NCBI GenBank assembly: GCA_964370845.1
Contig: CAYJLB010000008.1
Span: forward strand, 552 to 64,551
Length of the DNA: 64,000 nucleotides
Source of the DNA: an uncultured Oscillospiraceae bacterium
GTDB taxonomy: Bacteria > Bacillota > Clostridia > Oscillospirales > Ruminococcaceae
Direction: 5' to 3'
Shown: one piece after another, positions 53,982 to 63,624 of the stretch
Position numbering within the stretch: the first letter of the stretch is position 1
Layout: the number at the start of each line of letters is the position of its first letter
Translations under genes and position numbers: made by a program
The notes under the pieces: generated by a model
What the model was told of the DNA's origin: nothing
The model's input: the letters and a program-made list of their open reading frames with translations, nothing else
Database searches by the model: none

Positions 53982-54323
53982 CTACATATCCCCTAGGGTT
54001 ATTTCGTTTTTAATTGCATATTCTTTTGAAAAATCGCAAAATCCCTCTACAAGCGGAATGAGAACTTTGTATTCCGTTGACAAAGAATATACAACGTTTA
54101 AAGGTTTTTCCGACACTACTGTCCTTATTAAAATGTCGCTTTGTTCAAGTTCTCTAAGCTGGGTTATTAACATTTTATGAGTTATGTCAGGAATTCCTTT
54201 TTGAAGCAAAGAAAATCTATTGTCACCGTTTAAAATATGCCAAAGTATTCGCATTTTCCACTTTCCGCCTAACAAATCCATGGATAATAGCAAGCCACAA
54301 GTATATTGTTTTTTTATTTTCAA
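53982..54323 (-). CDS. HxlR family transcriptional regulator
   Basis: C..LLSMDLLGGKWKMRILWHIL..RFSLLQKGIPDITHKMLITQLRELE is the canonical HxlR signature. Confidence 0.88.
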   Translation of the reverse strand: MKIKKQYTCGLLLSMDLLGGKWKMRILWHILNGDNRFSLLQKGIPDITHKMLITQLRELEQSDILIRTVVSEKPLNVVYSLSTEYKVLIPLVEGFCDFSKEYAIKNEITLGDM

Positions 54324-54451
54324 AGTTATCCTCCCCTTTTCAAAAATATGCCACTTTAACTATAACATAAATTTGAAAATAAAACAAGATTTTGCAAAAA
54401 ATACATAACTTTCCACCAAGATGTGTTAAGGGGAAATACTTTACATTGTTC

Positions 54452-54479
54452 TTGACATATTTCCAAAATATGTTATAAT
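54452..54479 (+). promoter_or_regulatory. sigma-A type promoter of the ABC exporter operon
   Basis: TTGACA (54452-54457), 16 nt, TATAAT (54474-54479). Confidence 0.55.
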
Positions 54480-54482
54480 TAC

Positions 54483-54510
54483 TTATCAGTTTACTAAATT
54501 AAACTGATAA
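54483..54510 (+). promoter_or_regulatory. perfect 11-bp inverted repeat immediately after the -10 box (operator or 5'-UTR hairpin)
   Basis: TTATCAGTTTA (54483-54493), CTAAAT, TAAACTGATAA (54500-54510). Confidence 0.45.
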
Positions 54511-54544
54511 AAATCTACAATAAAAGGAGCGTGAGTTTTAGAAT

Positions 54545-56332
54545 ATGTTATCAAATATTAAATATCTTTACAAAAAAATATCAAAGTACAGCAAAAAATT
54601 AATCTTATTACAAACTTTTGAGATTATCACAAGTGTTCTCTCCCCATTTGTGGCAATGATGTTGCCTGCTTTCATTATTTTTATGGTGGAAAGTAGCTAT
54701 TCAATTGAAAAAATAATACCTTTGATAATTTTAGCGTTCATACTATATGCAGTGGTTGCTTGTGCTAAAGATTATCTTGTACAAAGTGCAAATTTTAGAT
54801 ATGTTGAGTTTAGAATGAGAGTTTTAATCCCTGTGTTCTTTAAAAAATGTACAAGCCTTGATTATAACCTTTTTGAAAATGAAGAAGTGCAAAAATCCGC
54901 TACACAAGGCTATTCTGCGGTTATGGAAAGCAACAATGGTGCAGATGATTTAATAAAATCTACTACTGCATTTTTTCTAAATCTATTTGGAATTTTGCTA
55001 TATACTGTCTTTGTTGCAACTATTCACCCTTTGTTAATTCTAGTATTTTTCGGAAGTTCAATAATACAATATGTTGTATATTCAATTGTTATAAAATATG
55101 TAGGGAAACAATGGGATAAAAAAGGCTCATCTATGCAAACTCAACGTTACTTAAACACAAGAAGTTATGACCCTGTAAGCGGTAAAGACATACGAATTTT
55201 CTCCCTTTCTGGCTGGATTTTCGACAAATATAAACGTGCTGTTGAGGAAACTTGCAAGTATGAAAAGAAAAATCGTTTCGCTTTTTTCTTTAGCGACCAA
55301 GTGGGAAACGTTATGCAAATTACACGGGATATTTTTTGCTACGGATATTTATTTGCCCTCTTAGCAAGCGGTTTGACTGCTGCTGAATTTGTGGTTTTAA
55401 TTGGGGCAGTTGCAGGCTTTTCAACTTGGTTTACTGGGCTTGCAAACTCCATTGTTTTCTCCCAACAATCGTCCATGATTTTCTCTATGTACAGAAAATT
55501 CTTGAAAATTGAAAACGTAAAAACTGAGGGAAAAGTTATCGAAAAAAGCGAAAACGGGTATAATATTACCTTTGAAAATGTTAGTTTTCGTTATCCTAAT
55601 GCTGAAAAAGATGTGCTTAAAGATGTAAATTTCACTGTAAATTCAAACGAAAAAATTGCTTTAGTTGGAATAAATGGAGCTGGAAAAACCACTTTAATTA
55701 AGCTTTTATGCGGTTTTTATACGCCAACTTCGGGACGAATTTTAATTGACGGATTGGACATTACAACTTTAGAGAAAGAAAAATACTTAGAAAAAATTTC
55801 AGCAGTGTTCCAAGATTCATTCCTACCTCACGTTACTGTTGAAGAAAATGTAACCTGCCAAGTTTTTGAAAATGACAAAGAGAAAGTTGTTACAGCATTA
55901 AAACAAGGTGGAATTTTTGACAAGATTTTCTCCCTTCCACAAAAAGAAAAAAACTACATAGGCAAGGAAATGAGCAAAAATGGAGTGGAATTTTCAGGGG
56001 GCGAACGTCAAAAATTGTCCTTTGCAAGAGCAATGTTTAAAAGAGGGAATTTGCTTATTTTGGACGAGCCAACAGCGGCACTTGACGCGATTGCAGAGCA
56101 AGAAATGTACGAACAATACGCAAAATTCTCCCAAAACAACACCTCAATCTTCATTTCACACAGACTTGCTTCCACTCGATTTTGCGACAAGATTTTTCTA
56201 TTAGATGGTGGAATTATCGCCGAAAAAGGTAGCCACCAAGAATTGTTAGCTGCAAAAAAAGGCTATTATCAAATGTTTGAGGCACAAAGGAAACATTATG
56301 TTGAAGAACAGGAGGTTTTGGCTTATGATTAA
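54545..56332 (+). CDS. ABC exporter, fused permease/ATPase (half-transporter 1)
   Basis: 6-TM N-domain, Walker A GINGAGKTT, signature FSGGERQK, Walker B LILDEPTAALD. Confidence 0.9.
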   Translation: MLSNIKYLYKKISKYSKKLILLQTFEIITSVLSPFVAMMLPAFIIFMVESSYSIEKIIPLIILAFILYAVVACAKDYLVQSANFRYVEFRMRVLIPVFFKKCTSLDYNLFENEEVQKSATQGYSAVMESNNGADDLIKSTTAFFLNLFGILLYTVFVATIHPLLILVFFGSSIIQYVVYSIVIKYVGKQWDKKGSSMQTQRYLNTRSYDPVSGKDIRIFSLSGWIFDKYKRAVEETCKYEKKNRFAFFFSDQVGNVMQITRDIFCYGYLFALLASGLTAAEFVVLIGAVAGFSTWFTGLANSIVFSQQSSMIFSMYRKFLKIENVKTEGKVIEKSENGYNITFENVSFRYPNAEKDVLKDVNFTVNSNEKIALVGINGAGKTTLIKLLCGFYTPTSGRILIDGLDITTLEKEKYLEKISAVFQDSFLPHVTVEENVTCQVFENDKEKVVTALKQGGIFDKIFSLPQKEKNYIGKEMSKNGVEFSGGERQKLSFARAMFKRGNLLILDEPTAALDAIAEQEMYEQYAKFSQNNTSIFISHRLASTRFCDKIFLLDGGIIAEKGSHQELLAAKKGYYQMFEAQRKHYVEEQEVLAYD

Positions 56333-58124
56333 ACATTTTAAAAGTTTTTCTAAATTAGTGAAAATTATTTCAAAAATTTTCTATATTCCCACCATAACCC
56401 ACTCCCTTTTAAGAGCGGTTCAGCCATTTATTAGCCTATATTTTTCTGCTGAAATTCTTAACAGTGTAATAGAAAATGACGTTGAAAGTGCCATTGTTTC
56501 GGCGATTTGGCTTATTTCAACAAATGCTGTCATAAATCTTATTGCAAGTGTTGCAATGCATTTTTTGTGGTATTATATTGCAAACGGGTCGGCTAAAATT
56601 GACCTTTCAATAATAAAAAAGGCAATGAATTTCCCTTATACTGAATACGAAAAAGCTGAAACCATGTACACAATTAGGCGAACTCGTGCCTCTGCTGCTA
56701 ATTTAGGTGGAATTTCAAGGCAAATTTTTGCATTTATGAGCATTTCTCAAAGTTTCTTTTCATTGATTTTTGCTTTAGTTTTTATGGTGAATTTGTTCAT
56801 TCAAATTGATTATTCAAACGGTGCAATGCCCATTATTATAAGCGGATTTTTCATACTTTTTTACTTTGGAATAAGCTTTTTTGCATACAAAATCTCAGGA
56901 AAATTCCAGGCTAAATTCAAAGATTTTATGAAGGAAACCGACCATCATATTGGCGTTGGAATTTACTGGGGACAATCCATTATGAACTTGCAAAACGCAA
57001 AGGACATTCGCCTTTATAAAATGAGCGGAATGCTTGAGCATTATGTAAAACTTGCTTTTTGTGGAAATGACAACCGTTACACAAAATTTTCGGGGACAAG
57101 CGGAAAAAATGCTGCTCTTGTATCCTTGTTAAATCGAATGGCTGAGATGGTTGCATTTTTGTTTATTGTAATTCAAGCTGTCGGGAAAGTTATCGGAGTT
57201 GGGGACATTTTGCTATACACGGGAGCAATTAACCGATTTTCCACCGATATTGTAACTTTAATTTCAAGCATTAGCGAATTTACTGCAAGACAAGATTATT
57301 TGGACTCTTACAACAAATTTTTGGACAAAAAATATGATGAGGACAATGGGGATTTGTCAATTGATTTTTCTTCTGTCAAAGGCTTTGAGTTTGAGCTTAA
57401 GAATTTGTCCTTTGCTTATCCAGAAAGCGAAAAATTAATACTTGACGACTTGACTTTGAAGTTTCATATAAACGAAACAACTGCTATAGTTGGACAAAAT
57501 GGAGCAGGAAAAACTACTTTAATCAAGCTTTTATGCCGACTTTATCAGCCTACAAAAGGGGAAATTTTACTCAACGGAATAAATATTAATCGTTACAAAA
57601 AAGAAGATTACTTAAAATTATTTTCAGTAGTTTTCCAAGATTTTCAGCTTTTCTCCTTTAATTTAGATGAAAATGTTGCCTGTGGATATGAAATTGACGA
57701 GGAAAAAGTCTTGAGAACTTTAGAAGATGTTTCATTAAAAGAACGGATTTTAGCGTTGAAAGATGGAGTTAAAACGAAACTTTTCAACGACAATGGAGAA
57801 GGTGTAAATCTTTCCGGAGGAGAAGCACAACGGGTTGCAATTGCTCGTGCTTTGTATAAAGACGCTCCTTTTGTGATTTTGGACGAACCTACAGCGGCAC
57901 TTGACCCAATTATGGAGATGAATATTTACAACGATTTGAAGAATTTAACAAAGGAAAAAACTTCAATTTTCATTTCGCACAGAATGGGAAGTTGCAAGTT
58001 CTGCGACAGGATTTATGTCCTTGAACAAGGGAAATTAGCGGAAAGTGGTTCGCATTTAGAGCTTGTGGAAAATAACGGATTATACGCAAAACTTTTTGCT
58101 ACTCAAGAGAAATATTATCATTAA
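56325..58124 (+). CDS. ABC exporter, fused permease/ATPase (half-transporter 2)
   Basis: Start ATG 56325 overlaps the upstream stop (ATGATTAA), behind GGAGG. GQNGAGKTT, LSGGEAQR, VILDEPTAALD. Confidence 0.9.
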   Translation: MIKHFKSFSKLVKIISKIFYIPTITHSLLRAVQPFISLYFSAEILNSVIENDVESAIVSAIWLISTNAVINLIASVAMHFLWYYIANGSAKIDLSIIKKAMNFPYTEYEKAETMYTIRRTRASAANLGGISRQIFAFMSISQSFFSLIFALVFMVNLFIQIDYSNGAMPIIISGFFILFYFGISFFAYKISGKFQAKFKDFMKETDHHIGVGIYWGQSIMNLQNAKDIRLYKMSGMLEHYVKLAFCGNDNRYTKFSGTSGKNAALVSLLNRMAEMVAFLFIVIQAVGKVIGVGDILLYTGAINRFSTDIVTLISSISEFTARQDYLDSYNKFLDKKYDEDNGDLSIDFSSVKGFEFELKNLSFAYPESEKLILDDLTLKFHINETTAIVGQNGAGKTTLIKLLCRLYQPTKGEILLNGININRYKKEDYLKLFSVVFQDFQLFSFNLDENVACGYEIDEEKVLRTLEDVSLKERILALKDGVKTKLFNDNGEGVNLSGGEAQRVAIARALYKDAPFVILDEPTAALDPIMEMNIYNDLKNLTKEKTSIFISHRMGSCKFCDRIYVLEQGKLAESGSHLELVENNGLYAKLFATQEKYYH

Positions 58125-58128
58125 AAAA

Positions 58129-58171
58129 GGGTGTAACGAAACAACTAAGTGTGTTTCGTTACGCCTTTTTT
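58129..58171 (+). terminator. intrinsic terminator (GTAACGAAAC-type hairpin)
   Basis: GGGTGTAACGAAAC-loop-GTTTCGTTACGCC followed by TTTTTT. Confidence 0.8.
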
Positions 58172-58308
58172 CGTTTTTTATTACATAAATCCCTTCTTTT
58201 ACTAAATAAAAATAGAGCTTTATACAATTTTGTAAAATGTGTAAAAAAGACTTGTAAAAGCTATTTTATTTTGTTATAATAAGCAAAATAAAACTAAAGG
58301 AAAATAAA

Positions 58309-59181
58309 ATGAGTGAATTAAAAAAATACCTAACTTTTGAAAAAATAAAGGATTTTATCATGCTAAATATCGGAATGTTACTTTTAGCTATCGGAATTTA
58401 TTTTTTCAAGTTTCCAAACGATTTTTCAACTGGCGGAGTGAGCGGAATTTCTGTTTTGCTAACTGCTTTCCCTATCCCTTTTTCAAGTAGCACAATAATG
58501 CTGATTATCAATATGTTTTTCCTTATTTTAGGTTTTATTGTACTAGGCAAGAAAATTGGCGCAAAATCCATTTATTGCACAGTAGCTTTATCCCTTGTTT
58601 TGCAAGGGTTTGAGTGTATCTATCCCCTTTCAGCACCTTTAACTGACCAAAAAATGCTAGAGCTTGCATTCTCAATAATTCTCCCTGGGATAGGCTCTGC
58701 TATAATCTTTACTTTAGGCGCATCTTCGGGTGGAACAGATATTTTAGCCCTTATTATTGGTAAAAAGACTGGACATGAATTAGGTTTTTCCCTATTACTT
58801 AGCGATTTTTTCATTACTATTTCCACACTTTTCTTCTTTGGAATTGAAACTTGTTTATATTCTGTTTTAGGATTAATTTTAAAGTCTTTTGTTGTTGATA
58901 ATGTTATTGAAAATATTAGCACAAAGAAAATTGTTATTATTATAAGTGATAAAGAAGCTGAAGTTACTGATTATGTAACGAAAGAGCTTAAACGTGGAAT
59001 TACTATTTGGGGCTGTATTGGTGGTTTTACTGGCGCAAAAAAAGCAACTATGTTAACTGCACTCAATAGGGTTCAAGCGAGAAATCTTAGAACTTATGTT
59101 AAGAGCATTGATAAAAAAGCCTTTATAATTATAAATAACTCCACCGAAGTTATCGGTAAAGGATTTTATAGGAGTAATTAA
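58309..59181 (+). CDS. YitT family membrane protein (DUF2179 C-terminal domain)
   Basis: 290 aa, 5-6 TM with the FPNDFSTGGVSGISVLL motif, and a soluble C-terminal domain. Confidence 0.85.
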   Translation: MSELKKYLTFEKIKDFIMLNIGMLLLAIGIYFFKFPNDFSTGGVSGISVLLTAFPIPFSSSTIMLIINMFFLILGFIVLGKKIGAKSIYCTVALSLVLQGFECIYPLSAPLTDQKMLELAFSIILPGIGSAIIFTLGASSGGTDILALIIGKKTGHELGFSLLLSDFFITISTLFFFGIETCLYSVLGLILKSFVVDNVIENISTKKIVIIISDKEAEVTDYVTKELKRGITIWGCIGGFTGAKKATMLTALNRVQARNLRTYVKSIDKKAFIIINNSTEVIGKGFYRSN

Positions 59182-59186
59182 TAAAT

Positions 59187-59852
59187 TTAATTTAAGAATT
59201 TGAATTCATTTTTGTGATAGTCAATCAAACCGTCTTTTTTCATTTTTGACAATTCGTTTGATAAGGCACTTCGGTCAGCACACAAAAAGTTGGAAAGTTC
59301 TTCCCTATTTAAACTTATATTAAAATTTCGCAACCCTTTACTCTCATATTGTAAGTATGCAAGTATTTTTTCTCGCAAAGTTTTCTGAGAAATTATATCA
59401 ATTCTTCTGTTGAGGTAAAGGGTTTTGTTTGCCACAATTTTCAGCATATTTGTAATTAATTGCTGATGAAATTTACAGGAAGAACTGCATGAATAAATAA
59501 TTTTTCTATAATCAAAAAACATAACAGCACTTTCCTCTGTCGCAATAATTGAAACAGGGCTACGAACAATCTCCGCACAGGCAAAAACTTCCGCAAAAAT
59601 ATCCCCTTCGGAAACTTTTGTAAGAATTACTTCATTTCCGTCATAATCGGTTTTAATAATCTTCAAACCGCCTTGAATAACCGCACCAACAAAATTAATG
59701 CTATCTCCTTCATTTAAAACAATTTCGTTTTTACCATATTTTTTCTCAAAAGCATTTAGACAGGACAGCATAGAAGTAAAATCTGTTTCCGAAATATTAT
59801 TGAAAAGCTTGTTTTTTATGATTTTATTGTAATTTTTTTCCATAGTTATCAC
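59187..59852 (-). CDS. Crp/Fnr family transcriptional regulator
   Basis: N-terminal cNMP-binding beta-roll (..GDSINFVGAVIQGGLKI..), C-terminal HTH REELSNFLCADRSALSNELSKM. Confidence 0.88.
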   Translation of the reverse strand: MITMEKNYNKIIKNKLFNNISETDFTSMLSCLNAFEKKYGKNEIVLNEGDSINFVGAVIQGGLKIIKTDYDGNEVILTKVSEGDIFAEVFACAEIVRSPVSIIATEESAVMFFDYRKIIYSCSSSCKFHQQLITNMLKIVANKTLYLNRRIDIISQKTLREKILAYLQYESKGLRNFNISLNREELSNFLCADRSALSNELSKMKKDGLIDYHKNEFKFLN

Positions 59853-59885
59853 ATTTCCTTTCAGTAATATTTTTTTTACGTTGTT

Positions 59886-59901
59886 TGTTGTCTAGACAAC
59901 A
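59886..59901. promoter_or_regulatory. perfect 16-bp palindrome TGTTGTCTAGACAACA in the divergent Crp/Fnr - ferredoxin intergenic region
   Basis: Seen directly. It lies ~7 nt upstream of a TTGACT hexamer on the + strand. The size fits a Crp/Fnr dimer site. Confidence 0.4.
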
Positions 59902-59979
59902 GAAATCTTGACTTAATTATACTATAATATACTTAAATTAGTCAATAATTATATTAGATATTTTAAAGGAGATATTATA

Positions 59980-60654
59980 ATGAGTAAAAAAATAATAAAA
60001 ATCGATGAAGAAAAATGTGTAGGTTGTGGACTTTGTGCAAATGCATGTAAGCAAAGTGCAATTGAAATGATTGACGGAAAAGCAAGAGTAACTCATGATG
60101 ATTACTGTGACGGAATTGGAAACTGCTTGCCTGTATGTCCTGTAAATGCAATTAGTTTTTCTGACAAAGATGTAGTAAATGCAGTCAAACCAGTTGCAAA
60201 ACCTTTGCCTTGTGGTTGTCCTGGAAGCAATTCAAAAGAGTTAAAACCAGTAGCCCAAGACGAAAATTTACCATTAGCAAAGCCTGTTTCAGCGTTAAGA
60301 CAATGGCCTGTACAAATAAAACTTGTGCCCGAAAATGCACCTTATTTTAACAATTCACATTTATTAATCGCCGCAGATTGCACGGCTTACGCTTATGGAA
60401 ATTTCCACAATGAATTTATGAAAAATAAGGTAACTTTAATCGGTTGTCCAAAACTTGACGAGGGCGATTATACTAATAAGTTGACAAATATTATTTCAAA
60501 CAACGACATTAAAAGCGTCACTGTAATTCGTATGGAAGTGCCTTGTTGTGGAGGAATTGAAAATGCCACTGTTAACGCGCTTAAAGCAAGTGGGAAATTT
60601 ATCCCTTGGCAAGTGGTTACTATTTCTACAAATGGCTCAATTTTGGATAATTAA
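59980..60654 (+). CDS. 4Fe-4S dicluster ferredoxin-domain protein with Cys-rich C-terminal domain
   Basis: CVGCGLCANAC and CDGIGNCLPVCP motifs. Further Cys pairs PCGCPG and VPCCGG. Confidence 0.8.
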   Translation: MSKKIIKIDEEKCVGCGLCANACKQSAIEMIDGKARVTHDDYCDGIGNCLPVCPVNAISFSDKDVVNAVKPVAKPLPCGCPGSNSKELKPVAQDENLPLAKPVSALRQWPVQIKLVPENAPYFNNSHLLIAADCTAYAYGNFHNEFMKNKVTLIGCPKLDEGDYTNKLTNIISNNDIKSVTVIRMEVPCCGGIENATVNALKASGKFIPWQVVTISTNGSILDN

Positions 60655-60726
60655 CTTTTGTAAATAAGTATTTTGCTTTGTGAAAATTGCAATAACTAAC
60701 GCAATGTATAATACTTTTTCTACAAA

Positions 60727-60764
60727 TAAAAACTGTGTACTATTATTAAGTACACAGTTTTTTA
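60727..60764. terminator. bidirectional intrinsic terminator
   Basis: AAAA-ACTGTGTACT-ATTATTA-AGTACACAGT-TTTTTT between convergent genes. Confidence 0.8.
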
Positions 60765-61748
60765 TTATTCTTGAATTAAAGCGTTTATTTCAGGGCTTTG
60801 GTAAACTCTTACATAATCAACTAGCATAGTTTGTGGCCAAATTGATTCGTCAACACCTTTTAAACCGCCCCAGCCTCCGCCAACAGCAATGTTTAAAATT
60901 AAGTGCATTTTTTTGTCGAAAGGCCATTCTTTATAAGATGGATTTTCTTTATAATCATTAGGATTATACTCAAAATAAAGTACGTCATTCACAAAAACTT
61001 TAACTTTATCAGGAAGCCATTCCACTGTATAAGTGTTAAATTCTTCTGACACATTTTCAACTTTTGTTGTTGCAGTTTTTTGCGTTCCGATGCTGTGGTA
61101 ATATGAAAGGGTATGCACTGAACCGTGAACCGTTCCGTGGTCATAGCCAACGTGTTCCATTATGTCAATTTCTCCAGAATCTGGCCAACCTCCGTATTCC
61201 CAATCGGTAGAAAGCATCCAGATTGCTGGCCATGTTCCAAGACCTTCAGGAAGTTTTGCTCTTACTTCGATTTTTCCGTAAAGCCAATCTTGTAATCCTG
61301 CTGAAACTAGACGAGTTGAAGTATATTCCATTCCTTCATATTCTTCTCTACGAGCTTCGATTTCCAAATATCCGTCAACAATTCTTACGTTTTCACCCTC
61401 AGTGTAATATTGAAGTTCTTGGTTTCCCCAGCCGTGTCCTCCAACGTCATATTTCCAGTTTTCAGGGTTTGGTTTATCACCCTCATCAAATTCATCAGCG
61501 AAAATTAACTCATAAGTTAAATTTGCTTCATCATATTCGTAACCTTTTGCTTTAACATCATATGTAGGTCCATCTGTTGGGCCTCCCGCTAATTCGGGAG
61601 GAATTTTATTTCCTGTTTTGTATTCCATAGTAGTTTCTTCACTTTCTGTAGTTTCAATTATTTCATTATTATTGTTTTCGCTACAGCCAACTAAAGCTGT
61701 AGAAAGTAGTATTGCCGTTAAAAATAAAGATAGTATTCTTTGTTTAAT
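60765..61748 (-). CDS. GH16 beta-glucanase (laminarinase-type) lipoprotein, probable non-ATG start
   Basis: Catalytic ExDxxE as GEIDIMEH. The frame is open 120 nt upstream of the first ATG (61628) and encodes KQRILSLFLTAILLSTALVGC (signal peptide + lipobox). GGAGG (61761-61757) sits 8 nt before an in-frame ATT at 61748. Confidence 0.8.
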   Translation of the reverse strand: MKQRILSLFLTAILLSTALVGCSENNNNEIIETTESEETTMEYKTGNKIPPELAGGPTDGPTYDVKAKGYEYDEANLTYELIFADEFDEGDKPNPENWKYDVGGHGWGNQELQYYTEGENVRIVDGYLEIEARREEYEGMEYTSTRLVSAGLQDWLYGKIEVRAKLPEGLGTWPAIWMLSTDWEYGGWPDSGEIDIMEHVGYDHGTVHGSVHTLSYYHSIGTQKTATTKVENVSEEFNTYTVEWLPDKVKVFVNDVLYFEYNPNDYKENPSYKEWPFDKKMHLILNIAVGGGWGGLKGVDESIWPQTMLVDYVRVYQSPEINALIQE

Positions 61749-61823
61749 ATATATAACCTCCTTGTAAAAATCAGATTTTGTATTTAGAAAAAGTGAACAG
61801 CTAGAGTGTTTAACCCTAAACTA

Positions 61824-62738
61824 TTATTCTCCTGTAATACCAGTGTTTTCAATACCTTGGATAAACTGTTTTTGTACAAATCCATATAGAATTATCAACG
61901 GTAAAATTGATATTAATGTAGCTGACATTTTATACGCTTCATTAATCTTAAATGCTTCACCCGAAGCGGAAACTGAGCTTGCAAATTCGCTGTCGAATAA
62001 GGCAAGTTTGCTTGGTAATAATTCAATGCTACCTCTTACTAATGTTCCTGTGACAAAAGTTTCGTTCCAGTTCCATACGAAAGAGAATAAGAACACTATT
62101 AAAATAGTAGATAATGACATTTTTACTGCAACGTTAACAAATATTTTGAAAGAGTTCGCTCCGTCAATCATTGCTGCTTCGTCTAATACTCTTGGAATTA
62201 AATTAAAAAAGTTGTAGAATATTAGAATTAAAACTGTTGAATAAACGCCTTGCCCTAAAAGTGCCATTGCAAGTTGTGGGTATGGAGTTCCGATAAAGAC
62301 AAATCCTAACGCCTCTTGCGCTGTCACAAACATCATAAGTCTTGGAACCATTAGAACAGTTGTTGGAATTACAAATGACATAATAATCATTGCTAACCAA
62401 AACTTTTTGAACTTAAAATCATATCTTGAAAGAGCGTATCCTGTTAATCCTGAAACAACAGTTTGACAAATTGCTAAAGCTCCTGAAAAGAAAATTGTAT
62501 TTAATAATGTTGGACCTAAATCAAGAACTCCCGCTGCGGTAGTAATATTTTCAATTGAAAAATTCTTCGCAATCCATTCAACTTCTGGGTCAACAACGTC
62601 AGCACTGCTCATAAAAGCTTTTGATATCATTTGAAAGATTGGTTCTAAGTAGACAAAGCTTATACAAATTAATATGAAATAAACAATAAATGTAAGTGCT
62701 TTTTTTGTAAGGGATATTTTATCTAATTTAAGTTTCAT
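61824..62738 (-). CDS. carbohydrate ABC transporter permease
   Basis: EAA loop DEAAMIDGANSFKIFVNV, 6 TM. Confidence 0.9.
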   Translation of the reverse strand: MKLKLDKISLTKKALTFIVYFILICISFVYLEPIFQMISKAFMSSADVVDPEVEWIAKNFSIENITTAAGVLDLGPTLLNTIFFSGALAICQTVVSGLTGYALSRYDFKFKKFWLAMIIMSFVIPTTVLMVPRLMMFVTAQEALGFVFIGTPYPQLAMALLGQGVYSTVLILIFYNFFNLIPRVLDEAAMIDGANSFKIFVNVAVKMSLSTILIVFLFSFVWNWNETFVTGTLVRGSIELLPSKLALFDSEFASSVSASGEAFKINEAYKMSATLISILPLIILYGFVQKQFIQGIENTGITGE

Positions 62739-63613
62739 TAATGATACCCCTTTCTTGGTTTTCTTTCTTTAAATATTAAGAAAGAAATTCCTATTATGAT
62801 TAGTACAACTATACTATAAATCCATGCGTAAGTTGCTGCGTAACCAAGTCCTGTACTCATATTACCTGTACTTTCTTTAATCAATTGATACATTGGATTT
62901 CCCTCGTATAAACCGATTTGTACAATTGTAAAAATCGTTGAAACTAGCATAATTGGCTTTATAATTGGAATTGTTATCTTCCATAAAATTTGCCAGCTAT
63001 TTGCTGAGTCAATTCTTGCTGCTTCAAATATACTAGGATTAATTTTTTGTAAACCGTTAATCATTAGTACGATTGGAATACCTGTAAACCATAAAATTAC
63101 TGTTAATTGTTCAAAAATATCTACTAGAAAATCTGCCACCATAGGTGAATAACTTTCAATAATTTTCAAAATAAATACATCTGAATAAGCATTAGCCATC
63201 ATCAAAGCTTCTACTTGATTACCTGAATCTAGAATTTGATACATAACTGGTCCCGACATAATTATTACAGGAAGGAAATATATCATTCTTAGAATTCCTT
63301 TACCCTTAACCAAAGTGTTAAGTAAAAGTGCTAACAAAAATGAAACAACAATTACAACAAAAGTATAAGGAATTACCATAGTAATAAAATCAAGTAGTGC
63401 CTTTAAAAATTCAGCATTTCTGAAAAATGCAGTTATGTAATTTTCAAATCCAATAAATGTAATTTCGTACCCTGCAATAGTAGTTTCAATACTTGTAAAA
63501 CTAAAATAAGCAGTTAAAATAAATGGAACTAAAGTAAAAACTAAAAATCCTATTATCCATGGTAACATAAATAAATAACCGGCTTTATTGTGCCTTTTTT
63601 CGATTGATTTCAC
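62738..63613 (-). CDS. carbohydrate ABC transporter permease
   Basis: EAA loop FEAARIDSANSWQILWKITIP, 6 TM. Confidence 0.9.
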   Translation of the reverse strand: MKSIEKRHNKAGYLFMLPWIIGFLVFTLVPFILTAYFSFTSIETTIAGYEITFIGFENYITAFFRNAEFLKALLDFITMVIPYTFVVIVVSFLLALLLNTLVKGKGILRMIYFLPVIIMSGPVMYQILDSGNQVEALMMANAYSDVFILKIIESYSPMVADFLVDIFEQLTVILWFTGIPIVLMINGLQKINPSIFEAARIDSANSWQILWKITIPIIKPIMLVSTIFTIVQIGLYEGNPMYQLIKESTGNMSTGLGYAATYAWIYSIVVLIIIGISFLIFKERKPRKGYH

Positions 63614-63624
63614 TTTACCCCTCC

